NCBI GenBank assembly: GCA_965223905.1 | Contig: CBDCXV010000001.1 | Location: 224,001-288,000, forward strand | Length of the DNA stretch: 64,000 bases | Source of the DNA: Candidatus Latescibacterota bacterium | GTDB taxonomy: Bacteria; Latescibacterota; UBA2968; UBA8231 | Direction of reading: 5' to 3' | In this document: piece by piece, positions 1 to 9,573 of the stretch | Position numbering within the stretch: the first letter of the stretch is position 1 | Layout of the letters: every line of letters begins with the position of its first letter | Program-made: the position numbers and the translations under genes | The notes under the pieces: model-generated | What the model saw: the letters and a program-made list of their open reading frames with translations, nothing else | Databases searched by the model: none | Told to the model about the DNA's origin: nothing

Positions 1-358
1 GGCGCCGCAGGCCGAACAGCGCCACTCCGGCTGTGATCAGAAGGCCGACCGACAGGATGGTTGCCGAATCCCATTGCCGCCGCCTAGTGCCTCGCTCCGG
101 GACGGGATCAGACCCGCCTTCGACGCCAACGCGTTCCCACAAATGCTCTGGGACTTCCCGGGAAGGCACCTCTTCGGGGATCACGGCGCGGTCGACCACG
201 CCTTTGACGCGGCGAAACAGGTCGAGCAACTCCCGCGCCTGTGGTTCGAAGACAATCCGTTCTCCGATTTCGGCCAGCTCCTCGCTGTCGAGCTCACAAT
301 CGATGTATTTCGACAGCGGTTTTTCCAGTTTCTCCTTGCTCCACGGCAGTATCGACAT
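1..358 (-). CDS. Membrane-anchored anti-sigma factor (partial, runs off window start)
   Basis: Not in the ORF track. Manual translation from ATG at 358 (GAGAGG SD upstream): MSILPWSKEKLEKPLSKYIDCELDSEELAEIGERIVFEPQARELLDLFRRVKG...ATILSVGLLITAGVALFGLRR. LSxYIDxEL resembles anti-sigma N-termini, a TM helix follows, and it lies 29 bp downstream of the ECF sigma gene. Confidence 0.7.
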   Translation of the reverse strand, partial: MSILPWSKEKLEKPLSKYIDCELDSEELAEIGERIVFEPQARELLDLFRRVKGVVDRAVIPEEVPSREVPEHLWERVGVEGGSDPVPERGTRRRQWDSATILSVGLLITAGVALFGLRR

Positions 359-387
359 ACGTTGCCTCTCGATCCCGGTGGGCGCGC

Positions 388-1038
388 TCAGACGAGCCCG
401 TGCCGGCGCAGTTTCGGCAGCAGCCTGCGGCGCGCGCTGTAAATTCGGGAACTGACGGTTCCGATCGGGACCCCCAGCACGCGGGCAATCTCTTCGTACG
501 ACAGTTCTTCCATGCTGTTGAGCATCAGGGCTTCGCGAAGTCCCTCGGGCAGTTCGTCCACCAACCTGAGCACCACGCGCCGGGTTTCGGCAGAAATACA
601 CTCCGCTTCCGGATTGGCGGAGAATGCTCGAGGATCCGGGGGGTTGAACAAATCGTCGTTTCCGTGGTGCAATCCCAGCCGGTACCAGTTGCTGCGCGAG
701 CGGTCGCGGCGACGATTGAGGCTGAGGCGCAGGACGATGCGCAGAATCCAGGTTTTCAGCGAGGAATTGCCGCGAAAGCTGACCAGCGCCGCGTGAATCT
801 TCACGAATGCGTCCTGAACGACTTCCTCGGCGTCTTCAGGATCCAGCAGCACCCGGTAGGCCAACCCGTACGCCAGGGAGTGAAATTCCCTGACAAGTTC
901 GGCGAAGGCCGAGCCGTCTCCGGCCACTATGCGGCCAATGCGCTCCTCTTCGCCCGCGCCGACTTCGGGTCTCGCGTTTTCGACGAGCTTCAACTCTGCT
1001 CTTCTGCTGGGCGAAGATCTGTCTGCAGGTGACCCCAT
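388..1038 (-). CDS. ECF-family RNA polymerase sigma-70 factor
   Basis: Region 2 (DAEEVVQDAFVKI...FRGNSSLKTWILRI) and region 4 (LSYEEIARVLGVPIGTVSSRIYSAR). Start placed at ATG 1038; the track extends it to 1107. Confidence 0.92.
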   Translation of the reverse strand: MGSPADRSSPSRRAELKLVENARPEVGAGEEERIGRIVAGDGSAFAELVREFHSLAYGLAYRVLLDPEDAEEVVQDAFVKIHAALVSFRGNSSLKTWILRIVLRLSLNRRRDRSRSNWYRLGLHHGNDDLFNPPDPRAFSANPEAECISAETRRVVLRLVDELPEGLREALMLNSMEELSYEEIARVLGVPIGTVSSRIYSARRRLLPKLRRHGLV

Positions 1039-1124
1039 GATAGATACCCCAATCGACACCGATGCCTGTATGCCTGTTCGGCGAAAGCGAGCCCCGACGA
1101 CAGGCATATTGACATAGCTATTTG

Positions 1125-1137
1125 TAAAATAAGAAGA
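1125..1137 (+). promoter_or_regulatory. Putative -10 element (TAAAAT), possibly giving a leaderless transcript
   Basis: TAAAAT at 1125-1130 in an AT-rich patch, 6 nt before ATG 1137; no clear SD. Confidence 0.4.
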
Positions 1138-4100
1138 TGGATCTTCTCATCGGGCGTTGTCAATTGCTCGCTAAGGCAACCATTGTTTCCCTGTTTGCCG
1201 GTTGCGGGGCAGTATCGGCGGTAATGCCGGACGAGGGTCTGGAAGCGAGGCTGAAGGACCGAATCGAGCGGCTGGCGGCCATGGGCTCGAGGGTTACCGG
1301 ATATCCCGGCGCCTCCGCAGCCCCGAGATACCTGACGGACTACCTGAAAAACCTGGGTGTGCCCGAAATCCACCAGCGGCGGTTTCACACTCCCGTCCCC
1401 CTCGACCATGGGGCCGTCCTGCGCCTCGCAGTGGGACCGGATACGAGCGCGTACGAGCTCCTCCACATGTTGCCCAACCTGGTACGCACTTCCACCGTCC
1501 CCTTTCCCGGAATCACCGGTCTCCTGTTCTACGCCGGAAGCGGTGAACCTTTCGAGATGGAGGGTTCCCGAATCAAGGGAGCCGTCGCCGTCTTCGAATA
1601 CGACTGCGGCCGTCGCTGGGTTCGCGCCTTCGACCTCGGCGCGGAAGCCGTCATCTTCCTGGCGCCCTCCGACCCTGGAGGCAGCCATCGTTGGGAAAGC
1701 TCGCAGAAGTATCTGACGACGCCGGCCGACTTGCCGCGATTCTACGCCCCGGCACCCGCGAGCATGGCACTGCGGGCCGTGCTGTCCGACACCTCGCGGC
1801 AGGTGCCCGGACACCGTGCGGTCATCTCCGGAAGCATGGTCTGGCACAACGTGACCGGCCAAACCGTCGTCGCCGTGATTCCGGGCACTGACCCCACCCT
1901 TGCCCACGAGGCCGTAGTTGTCGGCTCGTACTACGACGCCATCTCCGCAGTGCCGGCCATGGCTCCGGGGGCCGATCAGGCGAGCGGTGTGGCTGCCTGG
2001 ATGGAGCTGGCTGCCGCTCTGGCAGCCAGCCCGCCCCGGCGCACCGCCGTTCTCGTGGCGACGGCAGGGCACTTTCAAGCGCTGGCAGGAATGCGCGATT
2101 TCATCGCTTTCCTGCGCTCCTTCGACACGGCGGGGAAAGGAAGCGTCGAGAGTCCCCAAGCTCCCTCACTGGATCAGCCGTTGAGAGCCCTTCTCTCCGA
2201 TCTGGAGATCGAATGCTACATCGGCCTCGACCTTAGTTCCCGCAGCCGGCAGCTGGCACTCTTACAGGGCGGCCCACCGTACCGAGTGCGCCGAATCCCA
2301 CCTTCGATTTTCGACCCGATCACCTCGTTTACCGAGACGTACGAGGAGCGCCACCTTCGGGGTGAGATGATTCTCGGCGGGGCGTTGAAGCCCCTGCGCC
2401 GGCGCCGGCTCATCGGTGCCCTGCCGGAGCGGATTCCGGTCTCCGGGTCGGTGGCTGCGCTGTCCGGTATGCTGGGGGTGACCCTGGTTTCGGCAGGGGA
2501 CGAACGCTCCCGTTTCGATTCACCGGGCGATCTCCCCGGGGGGTTGGAGTACGCCGACCTCGCGGCACAGACCCGCTTCGTCGTGGCCCTGATCCAACAC
2601 CTTATCGACGCAGATATCGACATGTCCCCCGAGGGCGGGAGCGACTCCTTCGGCAGGCTTGACGGGCGCGTTGTGAGTTGGGGTCCACACAGTTACCAGC
2701 CGGACGAACCGGTCGCTGGAGCTCTCGTTCGCGTGCGCACTTTCGGCAAGGCGACCGTGGGGGTGCGCGCGGATCCGCTGGCGATGACCGGCGACGACGG
2801 GCGCTTCACGGTGACCGGTCTCGAGGCCCGGACGCTCTACCTTAAACCGGCGCATCTCGAGGCCTACGTGGTCGATCCAGCGTCAGGCAAGGTAGTCGCC
2901 GCTCTCGATCGCGGTCCGCTCGGAATCGGCAAATACCCCGCCGAAGTCATCATGGACGATCTCGAGAAGGAGTGCACCCTGGTGACTTTCCCTTGCGCCG
3001 GGGTGACCCTTTTCGACCTCGTGGACCCCCGCCGGCTGGCGGTTCTCGACCAGGTCCGGATCCTGGAGTCTGGAAAAGAGGCGGAACCCACGAGCTTCGG
3101 CTACTGCCTCCCACCCACAGCCGCTCAGGTCGAGCGCAACGCCTACCACCACCTCATCGGACCCGACACCGAAAGCACAGCGGTGCTGTTCGTTCCTCCC
3201 GGCACGGACTTCAAGGTGATTCTTGCCGGTGGCCGCTTCGGCCTCGGCCGCCGCGGCCTGCTTCTCAACAGCCGCCCGAATGCCGCCACCGGTTCCGGGT
3301 ATCCGGCGAGCGCTTCCCGAGTGCCGGCGACGGCATTGCACCTCGCCCGCGACACCCACCGGCTCAACCGCGATCGCCTGCAGCAACTGGAATCGCACGG
3401 AATCAGCAGCTCGCTTCTGACGGACTTGAACGGCGCCGCGGAAGCAGCTCTGAGAAAAGCAAGCGCCGCCTGCGAAGAGGGCCGCAACAATGCCTGCACG
3501 GGAGGGAGCCGCCGCGCCTGGGCGCTCGCATCGCAGGCATACGGGGCGACGCAGAGTCTGTCTGCCGGCGCCGTCCAGGGTGTCGTGTTCGTTTTGTTTC
3601 TGCTGATTCCCTTCGCGGTCCTGGCGGAACGCCTGTTGCTGGCGAGCCGTGGAATCCGCGGTCAGGTCGTCGGCTCGGTCGCCGTTTTCGCAGTCGCCTT
3701 CACCGCCCTGCGATCTTCTCACCCTTCCTTTAAACTGTCGCTCTACCCCTCGCTGATCCTGCTCGGATTCGCCATCCTGTCCCTGAGCCTGACGGTGATC
3801 GGTCTGGGGATAGCGCGCCTCAACGCGCAGCTGCGGGCGGCCGAATCCTCCGCATCCATCCTCCACCGCGCCGGCACCGCGAGGGGGGGGGTTCTCTGGC
3901 GTGCCTTCGCGCTGGGTGTCGCACAGATGCGCCGACGTCCCTGGAGAACGGCGCTCACCGCGGCGACACTCGTGCTGTTGACCTGCACCCTGACCTCGTT
4001 CACATCGGTACGGGCCGGTCATCGTTCCAACCGCACCCCGATCTCCGGCCACCTCCCGGACCGTGCCAGCCTCCCTGCCCTTGTAGTGCGCATGCCCGAG

Positions 4101-5570
4101 TTCGCCGCCATCGAGGCCCCCGTGATCGACCACCTCGCGTTGCGTTTTGCCAGTGGTACGATCGTGCCGCGCAGGTGGTACCTGAAGCCGGTGCAAGTGC
4201 GGAGCCGTACCGGCAACAGCCGTATCGAGGCGGTTGCAGGGGTTTCGGCTTTCGAAAACCGCGTCAACCCGATCGACGACGCCCTGCTTGCAGGGCGATG
4301 GATGGACCCCGGTGAACTCGCCTGTGTGCTGCCGGCGAACCAAGCGGACCTTCTCGGCGTGCAAGACGACCACCTCGGTACCGCCACCGTCCGCGTCCTC
4401 GGCACTGACTACCCGGTCGTGGGCATTATCGACGCCGAGCGCTTCGACCAGCTACGCGATATCTCCGGCGACCCGTTGACACCCCTCGACTTCGAAGTCC
4501 ACCAGCCGGACGAGAAACGGGTCGGCATCGATCGCGATGGCCTGCAGCCGGCCTTCGTCCACTTGTCCAGCCGACAGATACTCTTCCTCTCCAACGACAC
4601 GGTGGCGCGCTGGGGGGAGTGGTCCCGCGTCGCCTCGATCGCCGTCCTCTTCGAGAATCCGGGGACCGCCCGCCGGGAGATCGACGAAATGGCCCTGACC
4701 TCCGAGCTCAACCTCTTCGCCCGCCTGGACGACGGTACCTTTCGCATCAACACCGTCGGAGTACGCGTCTTCAGCGGCCAGCGCGGTGTTTGGATCCCGC
4801 TGTTGATCGCTGCACTGATCGCCTTCAACACCATGCTGGGAAGCGTGTACGAGCGCCTTTCCGAGATCGGGACTCTGAACGCCATCGGACTCGCCCCAGG
4901 TCACGTGGCCGGGCTCTTCCTCGCCGAAGCCGGCGCCTTCTGCCTGCTGAGCGCGGTGCTGGGATCTCTCCTCGGATTCGGAATCGCCCAGGCCGGCACC
5001 TTCGACCTGCTTCCCGGGCTGACAGTCAACTATTCGTCTCTGTCGGCTGTCGCCACCGTGGCCGCGGTGATGGCCGTGGTCCTCGCCTCGGCGGCCTACC
5101 CTGCGCGCATGGCCTCGCGGATCTGCACGCCGGGGATCGAGCGCAGCTGGACCTTGCCGCCACCGCGGGGAGACCTCCTGACGCTGTCGCTGCCCTTCTC
5201 CCTGAACCGGAAAGAGGCCCACGGCTTCGCGCGGTTCCTGCGCGAATACCTCGGGGCTTTCGACGATCAATCGATCGGGGCGGTGTTCTACGCCGAAGCC
5301 ATCGCGGAGAAGTCAGCGGGAGAAATCGACGCCCGGGTCTGGTTGGCTCCTTTCGACCAGGGAGTTTCCCAGACGGTTCGGCTGATTCCCATGCCCGATG
5401 TCGACCAGCGGTTCTTCACGTTCAGAGCAGCCATACAGCGGCTTTCCGGAAACGAGTCCACTTGGTGGCGGGCAAACCGGATTTTCGTCGACTCGCTTCG
5501 CAAGCAGTTTCTCATCTGGCGCAACCTCGCAGCTGAGCACCGGGCCGCCTACCTGGAGACAGGGCCATGA
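1137..5570 (+). CDS. Large exported/membrane fusion: PA domain + M28-like (degenerate) peptidase fold + beta-sandwich + MacB/FtsX-like permease
   Basis: N-terminal signal (possible lipobox LFAGC); PA-like LFYAGSG...IKGAVAV; M28-like VVVGSYYDA...APGADQASGVAAWMELA; carboxypeptidase-regulatory-like GRVV...EPVAGALV...TGDDGRFTV; TM cluster; MacB/FtsX signatures RRRPWRTALT and VYERLSEIGTLNAIGLAPGHVAGLFLAE. Confidence 0.8.
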   Translation: MDLLIGRCQLLAKATIVSLFAGCGAVSAVMPDEGLEARLKDRIERLAAMGSRVTGYPGASAAPRYLTDYLKNLGVPEIHQRRFHTPVPLDHGAVLRLAVGPDTSAYELLHMLPNLVRTSTVPFPGITGLLFYAGSGEPFEMEGSRIKGAVAVFEYDCGRRWVRAFDLGAEAVIFLAPSDPGGSHRWESSQKYLTTPADLPRFYAPAPASMALRAVLSDTSRQVPGHRAVISGSMVWHNVTGQTVVAVIPGTDPTLAHEAVVVGSYYDAISAVPAMAPGADQASGVAAWMELAAALAASPPRRTAVLVATAGHFQALAGMRDFIAFLRSFDTAGKGSVESPQAPSLDQPLRALLSDLEIECYIGLDLSSRSRQLALLQGGPPYRVRRIPPSIFDPITSFTETYEERHLRGEMILGGALKPLRRRRLIGALPERIPVSGSVAALSGMLGVTLVSAGDERSRFDSPGDLPGGLEYADLAAQTRFVVALIQHLIDADIDMSPEGGSDSFGRLDGRVVSWGPHSYQPDEPVAGALVRVRTFGKATVGVRADPLAMTGDDGRFTVTGLEARTLYLKPAHLEAYVVDPASGKVVAALDRGPLGIGKYPAEVIMDDLEKECTLVTFPCAGVTLFDLVDPRRLAVLDQVRILESGKEAEPTSFGYCLPPTAAQVERNAYHHLIGPDTESTAVLFVPPGTDFKVILAGGRFGLGRRGLLLNSRPNAATGSGYPASASRVPATALHLARDTHRLNRDRLQQLESHGISSSLLTDLNGAAEAALRKASAACEEGRNNACTGGSRRAWALASQAYGATQSLSAGAVQGVVFVLFLLIPFAVLAERLLLASRGIRGQVVGSVAVFAVAFTALRSSHPSFKLSLYPSLILLGFAILSLSLTVIGLGIARLNAQLRAAESSASILHRAGTARGGVLWRAFALGVAQMRRRPWRTALTAATLVLLTCTLTSFTSVRAGHRSNRTPISGHLPDRASLPALVVRMPEFAAIEAPVIDHLALRFASGTIVPRRWYLKPVQVRSRTGNSRIEAVAGVSAFENRVNPIDDALLAGRWMDPGELACVLPANQADLLGVQDDHLGTATVRVLGTDYPVVGIIDAERFDQLRDISGDPLTPLDFEVHQPDEKRVGIDRDGLQPAFVHLSSRQILFLSNDTVARWGEWSRVASIAVLFENPGTARREIDEMALTSELNLFARLDDGTFRINTVGVRVFSGQRGVWIPLLIAALIAFNTMLGSVYERLSEIGTLNAIGLAPGHVAGLFLAEAGAFCLLSAVLGSLLGFGIAQAGTFDLLPGLTVNYSSLSAVATVAAVMAVVLASAAYPARMASRICTPGIERSWTLPPPRGDLLTLSLPFSLNRKEAHGFARFLREYLGAFDDQSIGAVFYAEAIAEKSAGEIDARVWLAPFDQGVSQTVRLIPMPDVDQRFFTFRAAIQRLSGNESTWWRANRIFVDSLRKQFLIWRNLAAEHRAAYLETGP

Positions 5571-7548
5571 GCACCACGAACCCTGCCGCCAACCGCGGGG
5601 AGGTGCAGGCAGAGTATCGCGATCTGCTGGCCACTCCACGGGAGTTCGCGGACGGCTTCACGGGGCGCACGGTACTTGGGGCATTCTTCATTGGCTTCCT
5701 GATGATGCCCGGAGCGATTTACATGGGCCTGATCGCTGGTTCGAGTCTCGGGCCGGCGGCGGAGTGGGTTACCATAATCCTGTTCGCCGAGGTGGCGCGG
5801 CGCTCATTCGCCCCTCTCGGCCGCCAGGAGATCTACGTCCTGTACTACATCGCCGGCGGACTGACGCACGTCATCGGCGGTGTCATGCTGGCCGGGGGAC
5901 CCTTCGCCAGCCTGATCTGGCATCAGTACCTCGTCCAGTCCCAGGTCGGGCAGGCACTCGTCATAGCCGAGCAGATCCCGGCCTGGGTTTCCCCTCCGGC
6001 CGATTCCCCCGCCATTGTCGAACGTGATTTCCTGCACCGGGACTGGCTCCTCCCCGCGATGCTCCTGGTAGCCGGGCAGGTGCTGGCACGCGCCGAGTGG
6101 TTCGGCCTCGGCTACCTGCTCTTCCGCGTCACCTCGGACGCCGAGCGCATGCCGTTCCCACTGGCGGCGGTTGCGGCGCAGGGGGCCACCGCCCTGGCCG
6201 AAAGCGATCAGGCGCATGCGAGCTGGCGCTGGCGCCTGTTCTGTATCGGCATGGGAATAGGGATCCTGTTTGGAACGGTGTTCATCGGGCTGCCGGCCCT
6301 GTCCGGTCTCGTCGCCGCGCGTCCCCTCGAGCTCCTGCCCATACCGTGGATCGACTTCACCCGCGACTTCGAGAACCAGCTCCCCGCGGCCACCCTAGGA
6401 ATCGGCACCGACCTCGGGCTTGTCCTCGCCGGATTCGTCCTGCCCTTCTGGGTTGTCGCCGGGTCGTTCGCCGCAGTTGCTTTTCAGACGGCTGCCAACC
6501 CGATCCTGCAGCAGGCGGGTCTGCTCGAGCGCTGGCAACCCGGGATGGATGCGATTGCGACACACTTCTCCAACGACCTAGACATCTGGCTGAGTGTATA
6601 TATCGGCACCGGCGCCGCGGTGGCCGCCGCTGGAATCGCCCAGGCGGCAACCTCCTTCCGCCGCAATGGCAAAGGAAAGGGTGCCCCCCCGCCACCAAGC
6701 CGAGGGGACTTTCCCCTGTGGGCTGCGGCGATGGCATACCTGCTGGCAGCTGCCGGGTACGTCCTCCTGTGCCGGCAGCTGCTTGCCGATGATCGCTTTC
6801 CCCTGCTATTCCTGCTCGCCTTTGCGTTCCTGCTGACCCCCCTGATCTCCTACGTCAATGCCCGCATGATCGGCCTGACCGGACAGACCGCCGGGATCCC
6901 CCTGGTGCGCGAGGGGGCCTTCCTGCTCAGCGGCTATCGCGGTGTCGACATCTGGTTCGCGCCCATTCCCTTCAGCGATCACGGACGACGCGCCCAGCTG
7001 TTCCGCGAGGTGGAACTGACGGGGACCCGTTTCACCAGCATCCTCAAGGCGGAACTGCTGATTCTGCCTGTGGCGCTAGGGTGCGGCTTTCTTTTCTGGG
7101 CTCTGATCTGGAAACTGCAGCCGATTCCGTCGCTGGCCTTTCCGTTTGCCCAGAAGTACTGGCACCTGTTCGCCATGCGGCAGTTTTTGTGGTTCTCCTT
7201 TACGACCGAGGGTGGTCTCGATCTGCCGGAGGTCGTGCATTCCGGCTGGGTCGCAGCGCCTTCTCTCTCACCGGCGTCGCGCTCGTCGCCGCCAGCGTGT
7301 GGGGATTCCCGCTGGCCCTGGTTTACGGATTCATCCGCGGTCTGCAGTCAATGCCCCATCTGCTCATACCCGAAATGCTGGGGGCATGCCTCGGCCGCTA
7401 TTACTTCGAGCGCCGCTTCGGACGCAACCGCTGGCGCCGCTGGGCGCCCGTATTGATGGCCGGCTTCGCTTGCGGCAACGGCCTGATCGGCATGGCCGCC
7501 GTCGCCATCGTCCTGATCGCCCGCTCCGTCGCTCAGCTTCCTTACTGA
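5567..7548 (+). CDS. OPT-like polytopic membrane protein (putative peptide transporter), frameshifted near 7256
   Basis: ATGA overlap with the upstream gene; many TM helices; ERMPFPLAAV motif. The hydrophobic C-terminus (AFSLTGVALVAA...RSVAQLPY, stop 7548) continues in another frame (track ORF 7081..7548). Confidence 0.7.
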
Positions 7549-7555
7549 GAACTCG

Positions 7556-9481
7556 ATGCCGGTGACAACCCCGCGTTCCATCGCTTTGGCTGTCGCCGCC
7601 ATTTTCCTAGGCTCCTGGTCGATTCAGCGAGTTGATCTCGTTTACGCGGGACCCTCCCTGACTTACGGCCCGCTTCCCGCACTGCCGATTGCCCTATTGC
7701 TGCTCCTGGTCCTCCTGCGCCGCCTAGGGGCTGGCTGGCTTCAGTTCAAAGAGGGCGAACTGCTAGGGTGTTACCTGATGACTGCTGTCGGCCTTCCGTT
7801 GGCGGCCGGGGGGTACACCCACTACCTGCTTCCCGGGCTGGTCACCGGTTTTTTCCAGTTCAGCGACCCTGCCGGGCGGTACTACCCCTTTCTCAAACTG
7901 ATTCCCGACTGGATGGTGCCTGGCCGCGAAGGCAGCCTCGCCGTAGACGGGTTCTTCCAGGGTCGAGTCGACGTGCCTTGGACAGCCTGGGCGCTGCCCC
8001 TGATGGCATGGGCAGCGCTCGCCATCGCCTTCTGTGCCGCCATGTGGGGGTGCATGACGCTGCTGCGCAAGCGCTGGCTTCAGGAGGAACGCCTGCGCCT
8101 CCCACTCGCCGAACTGCCCCTGACTCTCGCGCTCAACGGTTGGGAACTGCTGCGCAGCAAGGCATTCGCGGTCGGCGCCGCGGTGCCGGTCCTGATCTAC
8201 GGGCTGAACGGACTCCACCACTACCACGTTTTCCCGGCGGAAATCCCGCTGTCCTTCAACTTCGCGGAAGTGCTGACAGAACAGCCGTGGGCAGCCATTG
8301 CTCCTTTCACCTCGCGGTTCGAATTCACCGTCTCCCCATTCCTGGTCGGGATCGCCTACCTGCTGTCAGTCGAAGTCGCCTTCAGCACCTGGTTCTTTTT
8401 CCTTCTGACCCGGGGGCAACTCCTCGTCGCCGAACTATTAGGGCGAAGTGGCGATCAGGGCGTCTTCATCGGGCTCGGGGGACAGTGGCGGGAATGGCCA
8501 AATTTCACACCCCACCTGCATGCACAGGCCCGCGGCGGCCTGCTCTGTCTGGCAGTGCTGAGCCTTTGGGCTGCGCGCAAGGCACTTGCCGATGCCTGGC
8601 GGCTAGCGCTGTGCAACCGGGGCCATGAGCGCCTGGGCTTTCTTTGCTTGACGGCTGGCAGTGCCGGCCTCCTCGCCTGGGGGCACGCTGCCGGCCTCTC
8701 GCTCCCCCTAGGGGCAATCTTCGTCCTCATGCTGCTGCTGACGGCCATCGGGATGGCCCGCCTGCGCCTGGACGCCGGTCTACCCGTGGTCAGCGTTTAC
8801 TTCCTAGTTCCCAACCTTCTCTTCTTTGCCCGGGGAACCGGCCCGGGTGTTTTCAGCCCTTCCGAATACGTCGCCCTTGCGTTTCTCAACCTCCTGAGCT
8901 ATTCCGGAATCGCCGCGGTGACTATGCTGCACGTCGAAGGCTGGAAGATGTCCGGGGCGCTGCGCACCGGCGCCACTCATATCGGGGCAGCCGTCGGGGT
9001 GGGCTTGCTCGCGGGTCTGGCCTGTGGTTTCTGGTCGATGCTTGAACTGGTGTACGATCCGGGGATCTTTACCCTCGATCGCCACGGCGGTGCCCGTTCG
9101 GCAGCCCGCCTGGGCCGCTACTACCACTACCTGTACTCCGAGGCGGGAACCCGCCCGGCTGGTCCCGACCTCATCAGAATGGGCGCCGTGGCAGCGGGAT
9201 TCGCCGTCACTGCAGCTCTCTCATTTCTGCGCACCCTGTTCACTCAACTGCCGTTTCACCCGGCCGGATTCGTCTACGGAACCGGTATCGGCTACCTGAT
9301 CTGGGGGTCCGCGCTGATCGGCTGGACCGTCAAGGTTCTCGTAGTCCGTTACGGAGGAGCTGCGCAGTATCGCCGCCTGCGCCCCTTCTTCATGGGGCTG
9401 ATCGTGGGAGACCTTTTGATGCGTCTGATGTGGGCCGCGGTTTCCCTGCTCGGCGAGCCCGGAGGCGGGTACCGCATTTGA
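7556..9481 (+). CDS. OPT-like polytopic membrane protein (DUF6785/DUF6784-like)
   Basis: 641 aa, many TM helices; W...EERLRLPLAELP motif; C-terminal LPFHPAGF...WTVKVLVVRYGG...YRRLRPFFMGLIVGD; 7 bp after the previous stop. Confidence 0.75.
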   Translation: MPVTTPRSIALAVAAIFLGSWSIQRVDLVYAGPSLTYGPLPALPIALLLLLVLLRRLGAGWLQFKEGELLGCYLMTAVGLPLAAGGYTHYLLPGLVTGFFQFSDPAGRYYPFLKLIPDWMVPGREGSLAVDGFFQGRVDVPWTAWALPLMAWAALAIAFCAAMWGCMTLLRKRWLQEERLRLPLAELPLTLALNGWELLRSKAFAVGAAVPVLIYGLNGLHHYHVFPAEIPLSFNFAEVLTEQPWAAIAPFTSRFEFTVSPFLVGIAYLLSVEVAFSTWFFFLLTRGQLLVAELLGRSGDQGVFIGLGGQWREWPNFTPHLHAQARGGLLCLAVLSLWAARKALADAWRLALCNRGHERLGFLCLTAGSAGLLAWGHAAGLSLPLGAIFVLMLLLTAIGMARLRLDAGLPVVSVYFLVPNLLFFARGTGPGVFSPSEYVALAFLNLLSYSGIAAVTMLHVEGWKMSGALRTGATHIGAAVGVGLLAGLACGFWSMLELVYDPGIFTLDRHGGARSAARLGRYYHYLYSEAGTRPAGPDLIRMGAVAAGFAVTAALSFLRTLFTQLPFHPAGFVYGTGIGYLIWGSALIGWTVKVLVVRYGGAAQYRRLRPFFMGLIVGDLLMRLMWAAVSLLGEPGGGYRI

Positions 9482-9532
9482 CAACCGAAGTCGTTCAATC
9501 GTAACATTTTGCCAGTTTTGCTGCTCCAAAGA

Positions 9533-9572
9533 GCGGTGTATATTCCCCATCTGCGGTGTATATTCCCCATCT
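9533..9572. repeat. Perfect 20-bp tandem duplication GCGGTGTATATTCCCCATCT x2
   Basis: Units at 9533-9552 and 9553-9572, read directly. Confidence 0.95.
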
Positions 9573-9573
9573 A

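Noticed and set aside
1109-1130. TTGACA and TAAAAT as a -35/-10 pair
   Set aside because: The spacer is only 10 bp; only the -10 element was kept as a candidate.
990-5270. Long antisense or alternate-frame ORFs (e.g. 990..2159, 2883..4373, and similar ones across the window)
   Set aside because: Shadow ORFs expected in high-GC DNA opposite well-supported genes; no family motifs.
9533-9572. CRISPR array
   Set aside because: Two adjacent copies with no spacer and no cas genes; no array seen anywhere in the window.
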